A stretch of DNA of 63,722 bases, filler included, from 9 parts of 9 records of this genome joined end to end with filler, not necessarily neighbours in it; one strand, 5' to 3'; shown: positions 40,468 to 50,572, numbered from the whole stretch's first letter. Numbers and translations are program-made. Notes: a model not told the origin generated them from the sequence alone.

Positions 40468-40564
40468 GTTCTATTAATTTCTTTAGCCTCGACCCTATCT
40501 CATTGAATTTATACCAAAAATTTCTTTGGTTGAAATGCGTCGTTTGGCGGGCGGCGAAGTGACG

Positions 40565-40588
40565 TTAACCATAAAAATTCATGGTTAA
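40565..40588. promoter_or_regulatory. Inverted pair of TTAACCAT (CtrA-associated) motifs
   Basis: TTAACCAT-AAAAATTC-ATGGTTAA. Confidence 0.55.
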
Positions 40589-40656
40589 TCATATCTTTAT
40601 TTCACTTCCTTCTGATGTGACTTTATTTGGGACGGAGGCAGTGCTAAATTTCTCTA

Positions 40657-40900
40657 TGAAACGAGTTTCGCTGTCACCTCGGTGCTTTCGCTGGGGGGTG
40701 AAAGTCACTTGAGATGTGATGGCGATTTGTGTCCTCGCGGGGTGCCTAGGTCCGCCGCATCTCCTAGGTCCGTGAGGCACGGTCGGTCGGAACGTGGTGG
40801 TGGAGTGGCCTCCTCTGAAAAAACCAATGGCTCCGACCGACCACCTTTTCTCGGCGATCAGGCAACAAAAAAGGCCAGTCCATGTGGACTGGCCTTTTGT
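40657..40900 (+). ncRNA. ecpR1: EcpR1-like small RNA (ends approximate)
   Basis: Lies between pleD and rpmG; loop TCCGCCGCATCT (40751-40762) closed by a CCTAGG/CCTAGG stem; further stem GGTCGGTCGGA/TCCGACCGACC. Confidence 0.72.
40865..40900. terminator. Bidirectional intrinsic terminator (rpmG / sRNA)
   Basis: AAAAGGCCAGTCC-ATGT-GGACTGGCCTTTT. Confidence 0.85.
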
Positions 40901-40922
40901 CATAAGCAGTATGAAAGCATGC

Positions 40923-41090
40923 TTATTTGATCTTTGTTTCCTTGAACTCGACGTGCTTACGCGCGACGGGGTCATATTTTTTGATCACGAATTTTTCGGT
41001 CATCGTGCGCGAGTTCTTCTTGGTTACATAGAAGTAGCCCGTGCCCGCGGTGCTTTCGAGTTTGATCTTGATCGATGCTGGCTTCGCCAT
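40923..41090 (-). CDS. rpmG: 50S ribosomal protein L33 (Cys-free type)
   Basis: [21 protein letters not shown]...[18 protein letters not shown]. Confidence 0.97.
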   Translation of the reverse strand: MAKPASIKIKLESTAGTGYFYVTKKNSRTMTEKFVIKKYDPVARKHVEFKETKIK

Positions 41091-41230
41091 ATGCGAAATC
41101 CTCAGGTTGAGCGGGCAGCGTGACGCGCGCGCGGAGAATCTATACGGCATCCGTACGGATGCGATTTGGCCGCAGACTACTCAGGCGGCTGCGTAAGTCA
41201 AGTGTGGTCTGAAAATGGTCAAAAAATCGG

Positions 41231-42174
41231 CTATTTGGCCGCATCTCTGAGGCTTAGATAGCGCCAAATGGCGATGCCGGCAAAACCTGTTGTGATAGTT
41301 GCAAAAACCACGGGTAATCCGTGCGGGGGCATGATCTGCATACCGATTCCGCCAAGTGTCGGTCCGGCAAGACCTCCAAAATTGTACATCATTACAAAGG
41401 CTGCGTTTGCGGCAGCCAGATCGCCAGCTTTGACACGTTGGCCGAGCAAGGTCAGTCCAACTGTGTAAAGGCCGCTGGTGACGCCACCGAAAGCAAATAT
41501 TACAGGCATGACCAAGACCGTCCCTTGGACCAGCGGTAGCATGGCAATCGATACGGCCCCGATTAGGGCACAGGCGATGAGCAGGAGGCGACGGTCCGCG
41601 CGGTCGGCGATAAAGCCGATCGGGATCTGGCTCACGATATTGCCAGCAGCAAAGGCGGAGAGGACTAGAGCCGCCATTTGCTCGCTGAGCCCTACACGGA
41701 GACCATAGATTGGCATGAGCGTGACGGTACCTTGCTCCAATGCCCCGAAGGTGAATGCAGCAAAGGTCACTGTCGGCACAATACGGATAAATGCGAATAC
41801 GCTATGGCTGGGACCGCCATGTGATGAGAAGTGCGCCATGGCTGGGCCTGCAAACCAAATTGGGATACTGGCCATTCCCATTAGACCTGCAATGATTGCA
41901 TAGGGCGCCAATCCCACACCACCAACGCCAACTAAAATGGCTGGTCCTACCGCAAAACCCAGTGACAACACCGTGGCGTAGATGCCGATCAGCCGGCCAC
42001 GCGATTTTTCCTCGGCCAGCTGATTTATAAGGGTCTCGCTCAATACAAAAAGAATAACCAGCACTGCGCCGTTCAATGCCCTGATTGGAAACCATAGCCA
42101 GACATTCGGCATGAGGTAGCATGTCATGAGGCAGGAGATAGATATCCAAAGCGAGGTGAGTAGCAGTCTCCGGG
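41231..42174 (-). CDS. MFS transporter (YcaD-like), 5'-truncated
   Basis: RGRLIGIY, QIPIGFIADRADRR, multiple TMs. Confidence 0.85.
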
Positions 42175-42274
42175 NNNNNNNNNNNNNNNNNNNNNNNNNN
42201 NNNNNNNNNNNNNNNNNNTTAATTAATTAANNNNNNNNNNNNNNNNNNNNNNNNNNNNNNNNNNNNNNNNNNNN

Positions 42275-43615
42275 TCGATCAACGGCATGATCTATATGCG
42301 TGGTCAGGCGCGGGACTATGACCAGTGGCGCCAGCTCGGCAATCCCGGCTGGGGCTGGGACGACGTGCTGCCCTACTTCACCCGCTCCGAGGGCTTTCAG
42401 GTTCGTCTTGAGGATGGCCGCAACCCGGATGGTGAGCTCAGGGTCGAGAACCAGCGGCTTTCATGGGAGATCCTCGACGCCTTCAAGCAGGCCGCCGTCG
42501 AAGCCGGTATTCCCGAGACGAACGATTTCAATCGGGGAAATAACGAAGGCGTCGGCTATTTCCACGTCAACCAGCGCAAGGGCATCCGCTGGAGCGCCGC
42601 CACGGCCTTCCTGAAGCCGGTAAAACACCGCTCCAACCTGCACATCGTCACCCACGCCCATGCCAAGGCGCTGGAGTTCGACGGCACGCGCTGTACCGGC
42701 ATCTCGCTCTCGGTGAACGGCCAGGACGCCCGCGCCACATGCAGTGGTGAGATGGTGCTTTCCGCTGGTGCCATCGGCTCCCCGCAGATTCTGCAGCTCT
42801 CCGGCATCGGCGATCCGGCTCTGCTGAAAGAACACGGCATCGACGTAAAACACGCATCCGCCGAGGTTGGCGGCAATTTGCAGGACCATCTACAGATCCG
42901 CTGCGCCTACAAGGTCTCCGGTGTTGAGACACTGAACCGGCGCGCCAACTCCTTCTTAGGCAAGATCGGCATCGGGCTGGAATATGCCCTGTTCCGGCGC
43001 GGCCCGATGACCATGGCGCCGTCCCAGCTCGGCCTGTTCGCCAAGTCCGATCCCTCCAAGGAGACGCCGGACCTCGAATATCACGTCCAGCCACTCTCCC
43101 TCGATGCCTTCGGCGAACCGCTGCATTCCTTCGGCGCCTTCACGGCCAGCGTCTGCAATCTGCGCCCGGAAAGCCGGGGCACGGTCTCGATCAAGAGCGC
43201 GGACCCGATGGCGGCACCGGCGATCCGTCCGAACTATCTTGCTTCAGAGGCGGACAAGAAGGTCGCCGCCGATGCGATCCGGCTGACCCGGCGCATTGCC
43301 GCTCAGCCGGCATTGTCACGTTATGAGCCGGACGAGTTCAAACCGGGGCCGGAATATTCGGATGCGGACGAGTCCCTGGCGGAAGCCGCAGGCCAGGTCG
43401 GCACGACGATCTTCCATCCGGTCGGCACCTGCCGCATGGGTGACGATGCGACGGCCGTCGTCGATCCGGAGCTGAAGGTGAAGGGCTTCCAGAATCTCCG
43501 CGTGGTCGACGCCTCGGTGATGCCTACCATCACGTCGGGCAATACCAACGCCCCAACCATCATGATCGCGGAAAAAGCCAGCGACCTTATTCTTGCAGCC
43601 GCACGGGCGGGATGA
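42275..43615 (+). CDS. GMC oxidoreductase (choline dehydrogenase-like), 5'-truncated
   Basis: SINGMIYMRG, GAIGSPQILQLSGIG, NLQDH, FHPVGTC, SGNTNAP. Confidence 0.93.
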   Translation, partial: SINGMIYMRGQARDYDQWRQLGNPGWGWDDVLPYFTRSEGFQVRLEDGRNPDGELRVENQRLSWEILDAFKQAAVEAGIPETNDFNRGNNEGVGYFHVNQRKGIRWSAATAFLKPVKHRSNLHIVTHAHAKALEFDGTRCTGISLSVNGQDARATCSGEMVLSAGAIGSPQILQLSGIGDPALLKEHGIDVKHASAEVGGNLQDHLQIRCAYKVSGVETLNRRANSFLGKIGIGLEYALFRRGPMTMAPSQLGLFAKSDPSKETPDLEYHVQPLSLDAFGEPLHSFGAFTASVCNLRPESRGTVSIKSADPMAAPAIRPNYLASEADKKVAADAIRLTRRIAAQPALSRYEPDEFKPGPEYSDADESLAEAAGQVGTTIFHPVGTCRMGDDATAVVDPELKVKGFQNLRVVDASVMPTITSGNTNAPTIMIAEKASDLILAAARAG

Positions 43616-43624
43616 TTCCGGCGG

Positions 43625-44821
43625 CTACAGCTTGCGGCAGAGGGTAAAGAAGGCCAGCAGCGCGATCAGGCCCGAGGCTCCCATCACCGCACACATGGAA
43701 AAGGCAGTGCCATCATGCAACGCGCCGACGACAAAGGCCGCAACCGCCCCGCTGCCGAACTGGGCCGCCCCGAGGGTGGCTGCGGCGGCACCGGCATTCT
43801 TCGGATAGCGCGCCATCAACAATGCCATGCCATTGGCGCCGAGGATCGGCACCATGGCGACAAATACCATCAGCCCGGCCATGATCGTGATCGGCCCTTC
43901 GAGACCAGCCAGCTCGATCACGACCAGATAAAGTCCTGCCGTGAAGGAAATCAGCACCCCGCCGGAAAGCAGGTTTTTCAATTCGAAACGACGGGTCAGA
44001 CGGCTGTTCAAGAAAGCCGCTCCCATGATCGCCGCCGCATTCATCGCAAACAGCATGGCGTAGAAGCTCGGCGCGATGCCGAAATGCTCGATGAACACAA
44101 AGGACGAGCCTGAAATATAGGCGAACAACCCGGCGAAAACGGCGGCACTGGCAACCGTGAGACCGAAAGCCGGACCGTCGGACAGGATATGCCAGTAGGC
44201 CCCGAGAGCCTGTGCCATGGTCATTCCGCCCCGCGCTTCCTTGGAGTGGGTTTCTGGCAGTAGCAGCACCACAACCAGCATCGCCAATGCGCCGAAGCCG
44301 AACAGCACCGCGAAGATCGCCCGCCAGCCGGAAAACTCAAGCAGGAGCGCGCCTGCCAGCGGCGCCAGGATCGGCGCCAGAGTGGTCAGCACCATCATCA
44401 GGGAAAGAACCCTGGCGGCTTCCTGCGCCGTGAAGAGATCCCGAACGACTGTCCGGGCCAGAATAGAGGCTGCCCCGCCGCCGATCGCCTGAAACAGACG
44501 CGCGACGATGAGCTGATCGATTCGCTCCACATACACGCATGCGAGAGATGCGATGATGAAGATGAAAATCCCGGTCATCATCACAGGACGGCGGCCGAAA
44601 CGATCCGAAATCGGGCCGTAGAGCAGCATTCCGGCTGAAAACCCGGCCATGAACACCGCCAGAGTGGCCTGGACGTCACTGGCCGGCACACCAAGATCGC
44701 GGGCGATGGACGGCAAAGCGGGCAGATACATGTCGATCGACATCGGCGCAAAGGCCGCGAGTGCCGCCAACAACACCACAAGCCCCGATCTGGGCAGCGT
44801 AAAACGCGCATTCGCTAACAT
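43625..44821 (-). CDS. Bcr/CflA-family MFS efflux transporter
   Basis: SIDMYLPALP, GPISDRFGRRPV, LPET. Confidence 0.92.
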   Translation of the reverse strand: MLANARFTLPRSGLVVLLAALAAFAPMSIDMYLPALPSIARDLGVPASDVQATLAVFMAGFSAGMLLYGPISDRFGRRPVMMTGIFIFIIASLACVYVERIDQLIVARLFQAIGGGAASILARTVVRDLFTAQEAARVLSLMMVLTTLAPILAPLAGALLLEFSGWRAIFAVLFGFGALAMLVVVLLLPETHSKEARGGMTMAQALGAYWHILSDGPAFGLTVASAAVFAGLFAYISGSSFVFIEHFGIAPSFYAMLFAMNAAAIMGAAFLNSRLTRRFELKNLLSGGVLISFTAGLYLVVIELAGLEGPITIMAGLMVFVAMVPILGANGMALLMARYPKNAGAAAATLGAAQFGSGAVAAFVVGALHDGTAFSMCAVMGASGLIALLAFFTLCRKL

Positions 44822-45057
44822 TAAAAACTGTCTCCAGGTAAGCGCCAGGCAGGCAACCCGCACGATTTCTCTCCCCGGTCAGCGGCTGGGCAAGAGGAAG
44901 AGATCGGCAGAACGTCAAAAGCGATTTTCATCGAGATACCACATCATACCGCAATGCAGCGTGTTAAATGGAAAAGTCCTTGCCCAACACGTCTCGGCCA
45001 TTACGATATTTGCATACAATCCGTCGCGTCCGCGTACGGCCTTACAGGGAAAGAACC

Positions 45058-47418
45058 ATGGATTCAGTCGTCGAAGACAATCAGCTCGGCATGATGAAGT
45101 ACGGGATCGGCCAACCGGTAACCCGCTCCGAGGACCCGAAACTGCTGCGCGGCGAGGGCAATTACACCGACGATGTGAATCTGGACGGCCAGGCCTATGG
45201 CGTGATGGTCCGCAGCCCCTATGCGCACGGCACCCTCAACAGGATCGACACGGCAGAGGCGAGCGCGGCGCCCGGCGTTATTGCAATCCTGACAGGCGCG
45301 GACCTCGATGCAGCCGGTCTTGGCACGATGAAATGCGGCCTTCCGCTGAAAGGCCGGGACGGCAGCCCGATCAACTACGTGCCGCGCCCGGCGCTGGCGA
45401 CAGACAAGGTGCGCTATGTCGGTGACCCGGTCGCCATCGTGATCGCTGAGACCGCCACACAGGCCCGTGACGCGGCCGAACTGGTGGAACTGGATATCGA
45501 TCCTCTGCCCGCCGTCACGGACGCCCGCGCGGCTACCGAGGCAGGCGCGCCGCAACTCTATGACAGCATCTCAGGCAACACGGCCATCGACTTCCAGTAT
45601 GGCGACACGGCGAAGGTGGACGCGGCTTTTGCCGCAGCGGCCCACGTCACCCGCCTGCCGCTGCGCAACAACCGGATCGTGGTCAGCGCGATGGAGCCCC
45701 GCTCGGCGGTCGGCTCATTCGATGCGGCCAGCGAAGGCTATACCCTGAATGTCGGCTGTCAGGGTGTCTTCGGCATGATGAACACGCTGGCCAAGCAGGT
45801 GTTCAATATCGAGCCGGAAAAGATGCATGTCGTCACCGGCAATGTCGGCGGCTCGTTCGGTATGAAAGCCGGTGCCTATCCTGAATATATCTGCGTGCTG
45901 CACGCGGCGAAGGTGCTCGGACGGCCCGTGAAATGGACAGACGACCGGTCCGGCAGCTTCCTTTCCGACTGTCATGGACGTGACCATGACATGACGGCGG
46001 AACTGGCATTGGATGCGGACGGCAAGTTCACCGCCCTTCGAATCACCGGCTACGGCAATGTCGGCGCGTTCCTGACCGCCGTCTCGCCGATGATGCCGAC
46101 CATGAACACGCTGAAGAACGCCAACAGTGTCTATCGGCTGCCGCTGATCGAAGTCGCCTCCAAGGCGGTCTTCACGAACACCACACCGGTTACCGCCTAT
46201 CGCGGCGCCGGACGGCCGGAAGCGAACTACTATATGGAGCGGCTGATCGAGACGGCCGCGCGGGAAATGGGCATCGACGCCATCGAGCTGCGCCGCCGCA
46301 ACCAGATCCTGCCGAGCGAGATTCCCTATGCCGCCGCCAACGGCATGAATTACGACAGCGGCGATTTCCCGACCATCATGCAGAAAGCCGTCGAAGCGTC
46401 TGACTGGGACGGTTTCGCCGCCCGCAAGGCGGAAAGCGAGAAACGCGGCAAGCTGCGCGGACGCGGCGTCGGCTGCTATCTCGAAGTCACCGCGCCGGTG
46501 CAGGAAGAGATGGGCGGCATCCGGTTTGAAGAGAACGGCGACGTCACCATCATCACCGGCACGCTGGATTACGGTCAGGGTCACTGGACCCCGTTCGCCC
46601 AGGTGCTGCACCAGAAACTCGGCGTACCGTTCGAGCGTATCCGGCTGATCCAGGGCGACAGTGCCGAGCTGATCGCCGGCGGCGGCACCGGCGGCTCGAA
46701 ATCCATCATGGCCAGCGGCGCCGCAATTCTCGAAGCCAGCGACATCGTCATCGACAAGGGCAAAAAGATCGCCGCCCATGTGTTCGAGACGGCGGTCGAG
46801 GATATCATCTTCGAGGGCGGTGCTTTCCAGGTCGCCGGAACGGACCGGACGGTCACCGTCACCGAACTGGCGGAGCAGCTTCGCGGCGGACTGGATCTGC
46901 CGGAGGATCTGCCCCGGGATCTCAGCGTGAAGCACATCTTCGACGCCGCCCCGTCAGCCTTCCCGAACGGCTGTCACGTCTGCGAGCTGGAAGTCGACCC
47001 GGATACCGGTGTGGTCGAAATCGACCGCTACAACATGGTCAACGATTTCGGCACCGTGGTGAACCCACTGCTGGTCGAGGGACAGGCCCATGGCGGCATC
47101 GTGCAGGGCCTCGGCCAGGCGCTGATGGAGAACGCCATCTATGATTCGGAAGGCCAGCTACAGACCGGCAGCTACATGGATTATGCCGTGCCCCGCGCCA
47201 GCGACGTGCCGAGCTTCACCTTCGCCACCCACGCGGTTCCGGCAACCACAAACCCGCTCGGCGCCAAAGGCTGCGGCGAAGCAGGTTGTGCAGGCTCCCT
47301 GCCCTCGATCATGAACGCGCTGGTCGATGCCCTCGCCCCGCTCGGCGTGAAGCATATCGACATGCCGGCAACGCCAGAGAAAATCTGGCAAGCGATCCAA
47401 ACCGCAAAGGCCGCCTGA
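45058..47418 (+). CDS. Xanthine dehydrogenase-family molybdopterin subunit (form II CoxL-like)
   Basis: VGGSFGMK, AYRGAGRPE, GQGH, EGQAHGG, KGCGE. Confidence 0.9.
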   Translation: MDSVVEDNQLGMMKYGIGQPVTRSEDPKLLRGEGNYTDDVNLDGQAYGVMVRSPYAHGTLNRIDTAEASAAPGVIAILTGADLDAAGLGTMKCGLPLKGRDGSPINYVPRPALATDKVRYVGDPVAIVIAETATQARDAAELVELDIDPLPAVTDARAATEAGAPQLYDSISGNTAIDFQYGDTAKVDAAFAAAAHVTRLPLRNNRIVVSAMEPRSAVGSFDAASEGYTLNVGCQGVFGMMNTLAKQVFNIEPEKMHVVTGNVGGSFGMKAGAYPEYICVLHAAKVLGRPVKWTDDRSGSFLSDCHGRDHDMTAELALDADGKFTALRITGYGNVGAFLTAVSPMMPTMNTLKNANSVYRLPLIEVASKAVFTNTTPVTAYRGAGRPEANYYMERLIETAAREMGIDAIELRRRNQILPSEIPYAAANGMNYDSGDFPTIMQKAVEASDWDGFAARKAESEKRGKLRGRGVGCYLEVTAPVQEEMGGIRFEENGDVTIITGTLDYGQGHWTPFAQVLHQKLGVPFERIRLIQGDSAELIAGGGTGGSKSIMASGAAILEASDIVIDKGKKIAAHVFETAVEDIIFEGGAFQVAGTDRTVTVTELAEQLRGGLDLPEDLPRDLSVKHIFDAAPSAFPNGCHVCELEVDPDTGVVEIDRYNMVNDFGTVVNPLLVEGQAHGGIVQGLGQALMENAIYDSEGQLQTGSYMDYAVPRASDVPSFTFATHAVPATTNPLGAKGCGEAGCAGSLPSIMNALVDALAPLGVKHIDMPATPEKIWQAIQTAKAA

Positions 47419-47429
47419 AAAGGCGGCCT
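47408..47429. terminator. Hairpin between convergent genes
   Basis: AGGCCGCCT-GAAA-AGGCGGCCT overlapping the stop codon. Confidence 0.6.
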
Positions 47430-47461
47430 CGGCCGGATAGAACGCTTCAGTCAGGCTCTTG

Positions 47462-48613
47462 TCAGACCGCCGTGAGCGCCTGCTCAAGGTCCTGAATGAG
47501 GTCCCCGACATCCTCGATCCCGATCGAGAAGCGCAGCAGGTCGGCCGGAACCGGTGTGCCCTTGCCTTCGATCGACGCACGATGCTCGACCAGGCTCTCG
47601 ACGCCGCCGAGCGAGGTTGCCCGGTGGATCAGCTCGAGATTGGCCGCCGCCTTGATCGCGGCCTTCTCGCCACCTTCGATCCGCAGCGACAGCATGCCGC
47701 CGAAACCGCCTTCCATCTGTTTCGCCGCCACATCATGCGTGGCGTGGGTCGGCAGTCCCGGATAAAGCACCGAGGCGACTTTCGGGTGATTGTGGAAATG
47801 CTCTGCAATCGCCATGGCATTGTCCGACGCCTTGCGGACCCGCAGATGCAGCGTGCGCATGCCGCGCAGCAGCAGCCAGGCCTCGAACGGCCCCATGACC
47901 ATGCCATGATCGGTCCGTACCCTGCGGATATCAGCCCACCACTGATCGGCCTTGGCGGCGATCAGGGCACCGCCGAGCACATCGCTATGCCCGTTCAGGT
48001 ATTTCGTCGCCGAATGCATGACCAGATCCGCGCCATGCTCGATCGGCCGGGACAGGACCGGGCTCGCCGCCGTCGAGTCGACGCAGAGCTTTGCACCAGC
48101 GCCGTGGGCGAGCTGTGCGAACCAGGCGATATCGAGGCAGTCCCAGAGCGGATTGGCCGGGGTTTCGATCCAGACCAGCTTGGTCTTGCCCGGCTGCACC
48201 AGACTGGCGGCGCTTTCCGGGTTGTTCACATCGAAAAAGTCGATCCCGATGTTCCACTGGGCTGTAAAGTCCAGCAGCCAGTTACGCAGGGCCCAATACA
48301 TCACCGTCGGTGCCAGCACATGGTCACCGGGGCGCAGGGTCATGAAAGGCGCAACCGCCGCAGACATGCCGGACGAGAAAATCAGCGCGCCCGCGCCATT
48401 TTCAAGCCGCGCCAGCAGGTCTTCGGCGACGTCATAAGTCGGGTTTCCGCTGCGGGTGTACACGAACCCTTTCGGATAGCTGTTATCGGCATCCCGTTCG
48501 AAGGTTGTCGAGAGATGGATCGGCGGTGTTACCGCGCCCGTGGTCTCGTCGACATGGCCGAGTGCCTGGGCCGAAAGAGTCTCGGGCTTCAGGTCGTTAT
48601 TGCGCATTGCCAT
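47462..48613 (-). CDS. Cys/Met PLP-dependent enzyme (cystathionine gamma-synthase/lyase family)
   Basis: YTRSGNPT, FSSGM, ETPANP, HSATKYLNGHSD, TSLGGVESL. Confidence 0.92.
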   Translation of the reverse strand: MAMRNNDLKPETLSAQALGHVDETTGAVTPPIHLSTTFERDADNSYPKGFVYTRSGNPTYDVAEDLLARLENGAGALIFSSGMSAAVAPFMTLRPGDHVLAPTVMYWALRNWLLDFTAQWNIGIDFFDVNNPESAASLVQPGKTKLVWIETPANPLWDCLDIAWFAQLAHGAGAKLCVDSTAASPVLSRPIEHGADLVMHSATKYLNGHSDVLGGALIAAKADQWWADIRRVRTDHGMVMGPFEAWLLLRGMRTLHLRVRKASDNAMAIAEHFHNHPKVASVLYPGLPTHATHDVAAKQMEGGFGGMLSLRIEGGEKAAIKAAANLELIHRATSLGGVESLVEHRASIEGKGTPVPADLLRFSIGIEDVGDLIQDLEQALTAV

Positions 48614-48724
48614 TGCCGGCTCCGGCGTGAGTTGTATCGTTGGATCCGATCATCAGCGGATCGCCTATGCCTCTATCACGAGGCGGGAAGAGTGGGAATT
48701 GCCCGGATTGTCGCGAGACAAATA

Positions 48725-48940
48725 AGGCTGCAGTGATTCCCGTTGTCCGGAAATCTCTGCAGCCTCATAAAAAGCCGGTCAGACTGTCCGGGTGTCCATC
48801 AGAGTCAGAAAGGACACCGGTTATCGGGTGGGTCTCCGATACGTGGCGATGAGGGGCACTGCCACGCTTCGTACTGTCTGCCCGGCGGGGCAATTGAACA
48901 GGTCGATTGACGAGCACTGTCATTCTCAGTGTACGAACCG
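48725..48940 (-). ncRNA. Candidate structured RNA (sRNA or leader) divergent from LysR
   Basis: Four near-abutting stems ending in stem plus U-run on minus strand, then a fifth stem. Confidence 0.45.
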
Positions 48941-49031
48941 GGCATGCAAACTGATAATTCTCTTTTAAAGCACCGTATTAGTTCCTATAACGAATGAATA
49001 ATTTCGTACCGTTCAGGGGAAACGCGCTGAA

Positions 49032-49931
49032 ATGGACACTTTAACGGCTATGAAGGTTTTTTGCTCCGTGGTTGAGAATGATAGTCTCGCCGGAGCATCC
49101 CGAACCCTCAATGTCTCGCCATCCGTCGTAAGCAAACAGCTTTCGGGACTTGAAGACCGGCTCGGCGTACGCCTGCTGAACCGGACAACGCGGCGGGTCA
49201 GCCTGACCGAGGTCGGCTCCGCCTATTACGAACGCTGCAAGCGCATCCTGGCCGATGTAGACGAAGCGGAGATCGCGGTTTCGCAAGCGCACTCCGCGCC
49301 GCGCGGGTTGCTGAAGGTCACGGCGCCGACGACCTTCGCGCACCGGCATGTCGCCCCGCACCTTCCGGAGTTTCTCGATCGCTATCCGGAAGTCGAGGTG
49401 CAGTTGCTGGTGAACGATCGCGTGGTGGATCTCGTCGATGAGGGGATCGATCTCGCTATCCGGATCGCGCAACTGAAAGACTCCAGCCTGATCGCCCGCA
49501 AGCTCGCGGTGAACCATCGCATGCTGGTAGCCAGCCCGGATTATCTGAAGAAATGGGGCCAGCCGGAAACGCCGGATCAGCTGAGCGATCATTCGCTGAT
49601 CACCTACGCGCCGGGTAACCCGATCAACGACTGGCATTTCATGGTCGACAACCAGCAGAAAATCCTGCGGGCCAAGGGCACCCTTGCCATGAATAACGGC
49701 GACTCGGTGCTTCAGACCGTGCTGTCCGGCGGCGGCCTCGCCATGCTTGCGGCCTTCATGGCCGGTGAGCATGTGAAGAGCGGCAAGCTGGTGACATTGC
49801 TGGAAGATTATGTCCGCGAGGACGTGCCGATCTACGCCGTCTATCCAAGCGGCAGGCACCTGTCGCCGAAAGTGCGGGCGTTCGTCGACTTCCTGGTCGA
49901 TCTCTACAACCCGACACCGTACTGGTTGTAA
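49032..49931 (+). CDS. LysR-family regulator (CrgA-like)
   Basis: HTH LEDRLGVRLLNRTTRRVSLTE; DLVDEGIDLAIR; SPKVRAFVDFL. Confidence 0.95.
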   Translation: MDTLTAMKVFCSVVENDSLAGASRTLNVSPSVVSKQLSGLEDRLGVRLLNRTTRRVSLTEVGSAYYERCKRILADVDEAEIAVSQAHSAPRGLLKVTAPTTFAHRHVAPHLPEFLDRYPEVEVQLLVNDRVVDLVDEGIDLAIRIAQLKDSSLIARKLAVNHRMLVASPDYLKKWGQPETPDQLSDHSLITYAPGNPINDWHFMVDNQQKILRAKGTLAMNNGDSVLQTVLSGGGLAMLAAFMAGEHVKSGKLVTLLEDYVREDVPIYAVYPSGRHLSPKVRAFVDFLVDLYNPTPYWL

Positions 49932-49939
49932 ACACACAA

Positions 49940-49969
49940 CCGTCATCCCGTTTTTCAACGGGATGACGG
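49940..49969. terminator. Perfect 13-bp hairpin between convergent genes (terminator or REP-like)
   Basis: CCGTCATCCCGTT-TTTC-AACGGGATGACGG. Confidence 0.65.
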
Positions 49970-49997
49970 ATATTGTGTGCGTTTAAAGGGCTTTAGA

Positions 49998-50468
49998 TTA
50001 GCGCCAGCTCTCGTCCAGCTCGGCCGGCTCGCTCGTGTATCCGGCTTTCTGGATACCCTTGCAGGCACAGAACTCATCTTTCTCGGAAAGATCACCGCTG
50101 ACGCCGACGGCACCGATCACGGCACCGTTTTCCAGGATCAATGCACCGCCCGGAACGGCCGCGAACTGACCATCGAATGCGCTGGCGGCAGCAACCTGAA
50201 AACCGAGGCGCTCTTTCAGGCGGCCACCGAGATTGCGGGAGGATTCGCCAAAACCAAGGCCGCCCCAGGCCTTCGCCGTGGCGATCTCGACCCGGCCGAT
50301 ACCGGAGCCATCCTGACGCTTCAGACAGACCACATGACCGCCGGCATCGAGCACGACAACAGTCATCGGCAGCATCTTTTCAGCCGTCGCAACACTCAGA
50401 GCCTCATCGGCGATAATTTCCGCCTTGGCGAGCGGCAGCGCGACGTGCAGCGGAAAGTTCCCAGCCAT
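49998..50468 (-). CDS. GlcG/HbpS heme-binding family protein
   Basis: VVVLDAGGH, RQDG, AKAW, GAVGVSGD...DE; AAGGGGA RBS. Confidence 0.85.
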   Translation of the reverse strand: MAGNFPLHVALPLAKAEIIADEALSVATAEKMLPMTVVVLDAGGHVVCLKRQDGSGIGRVEIATAKAWGGLGFGESSRNLGGRLKERLGFQVAAASAFDGQFAAVPGGALILENGAVIGAVGVSGDLSEKDEFCACKGIQKAGYTSEPAELDESWR

Positions 50469-50572
50469 AGTTAGTCCCCTTAAATCAAGATCATCGGTGT
50501 AAATGCTGCACTGCTTATAACATTGCCCACCACCACCACGATACGGAGTGGTCATCCACATCGCGGAAACAG

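Noticed and set aside
48614-48720. Possible SAM riboswitch before the metB-like gene
   Set aside because: No SAM-I, SAM-II or SAM/SAH consensus recognisable by eye; the upstream structure is reported as an unknown RNA instead
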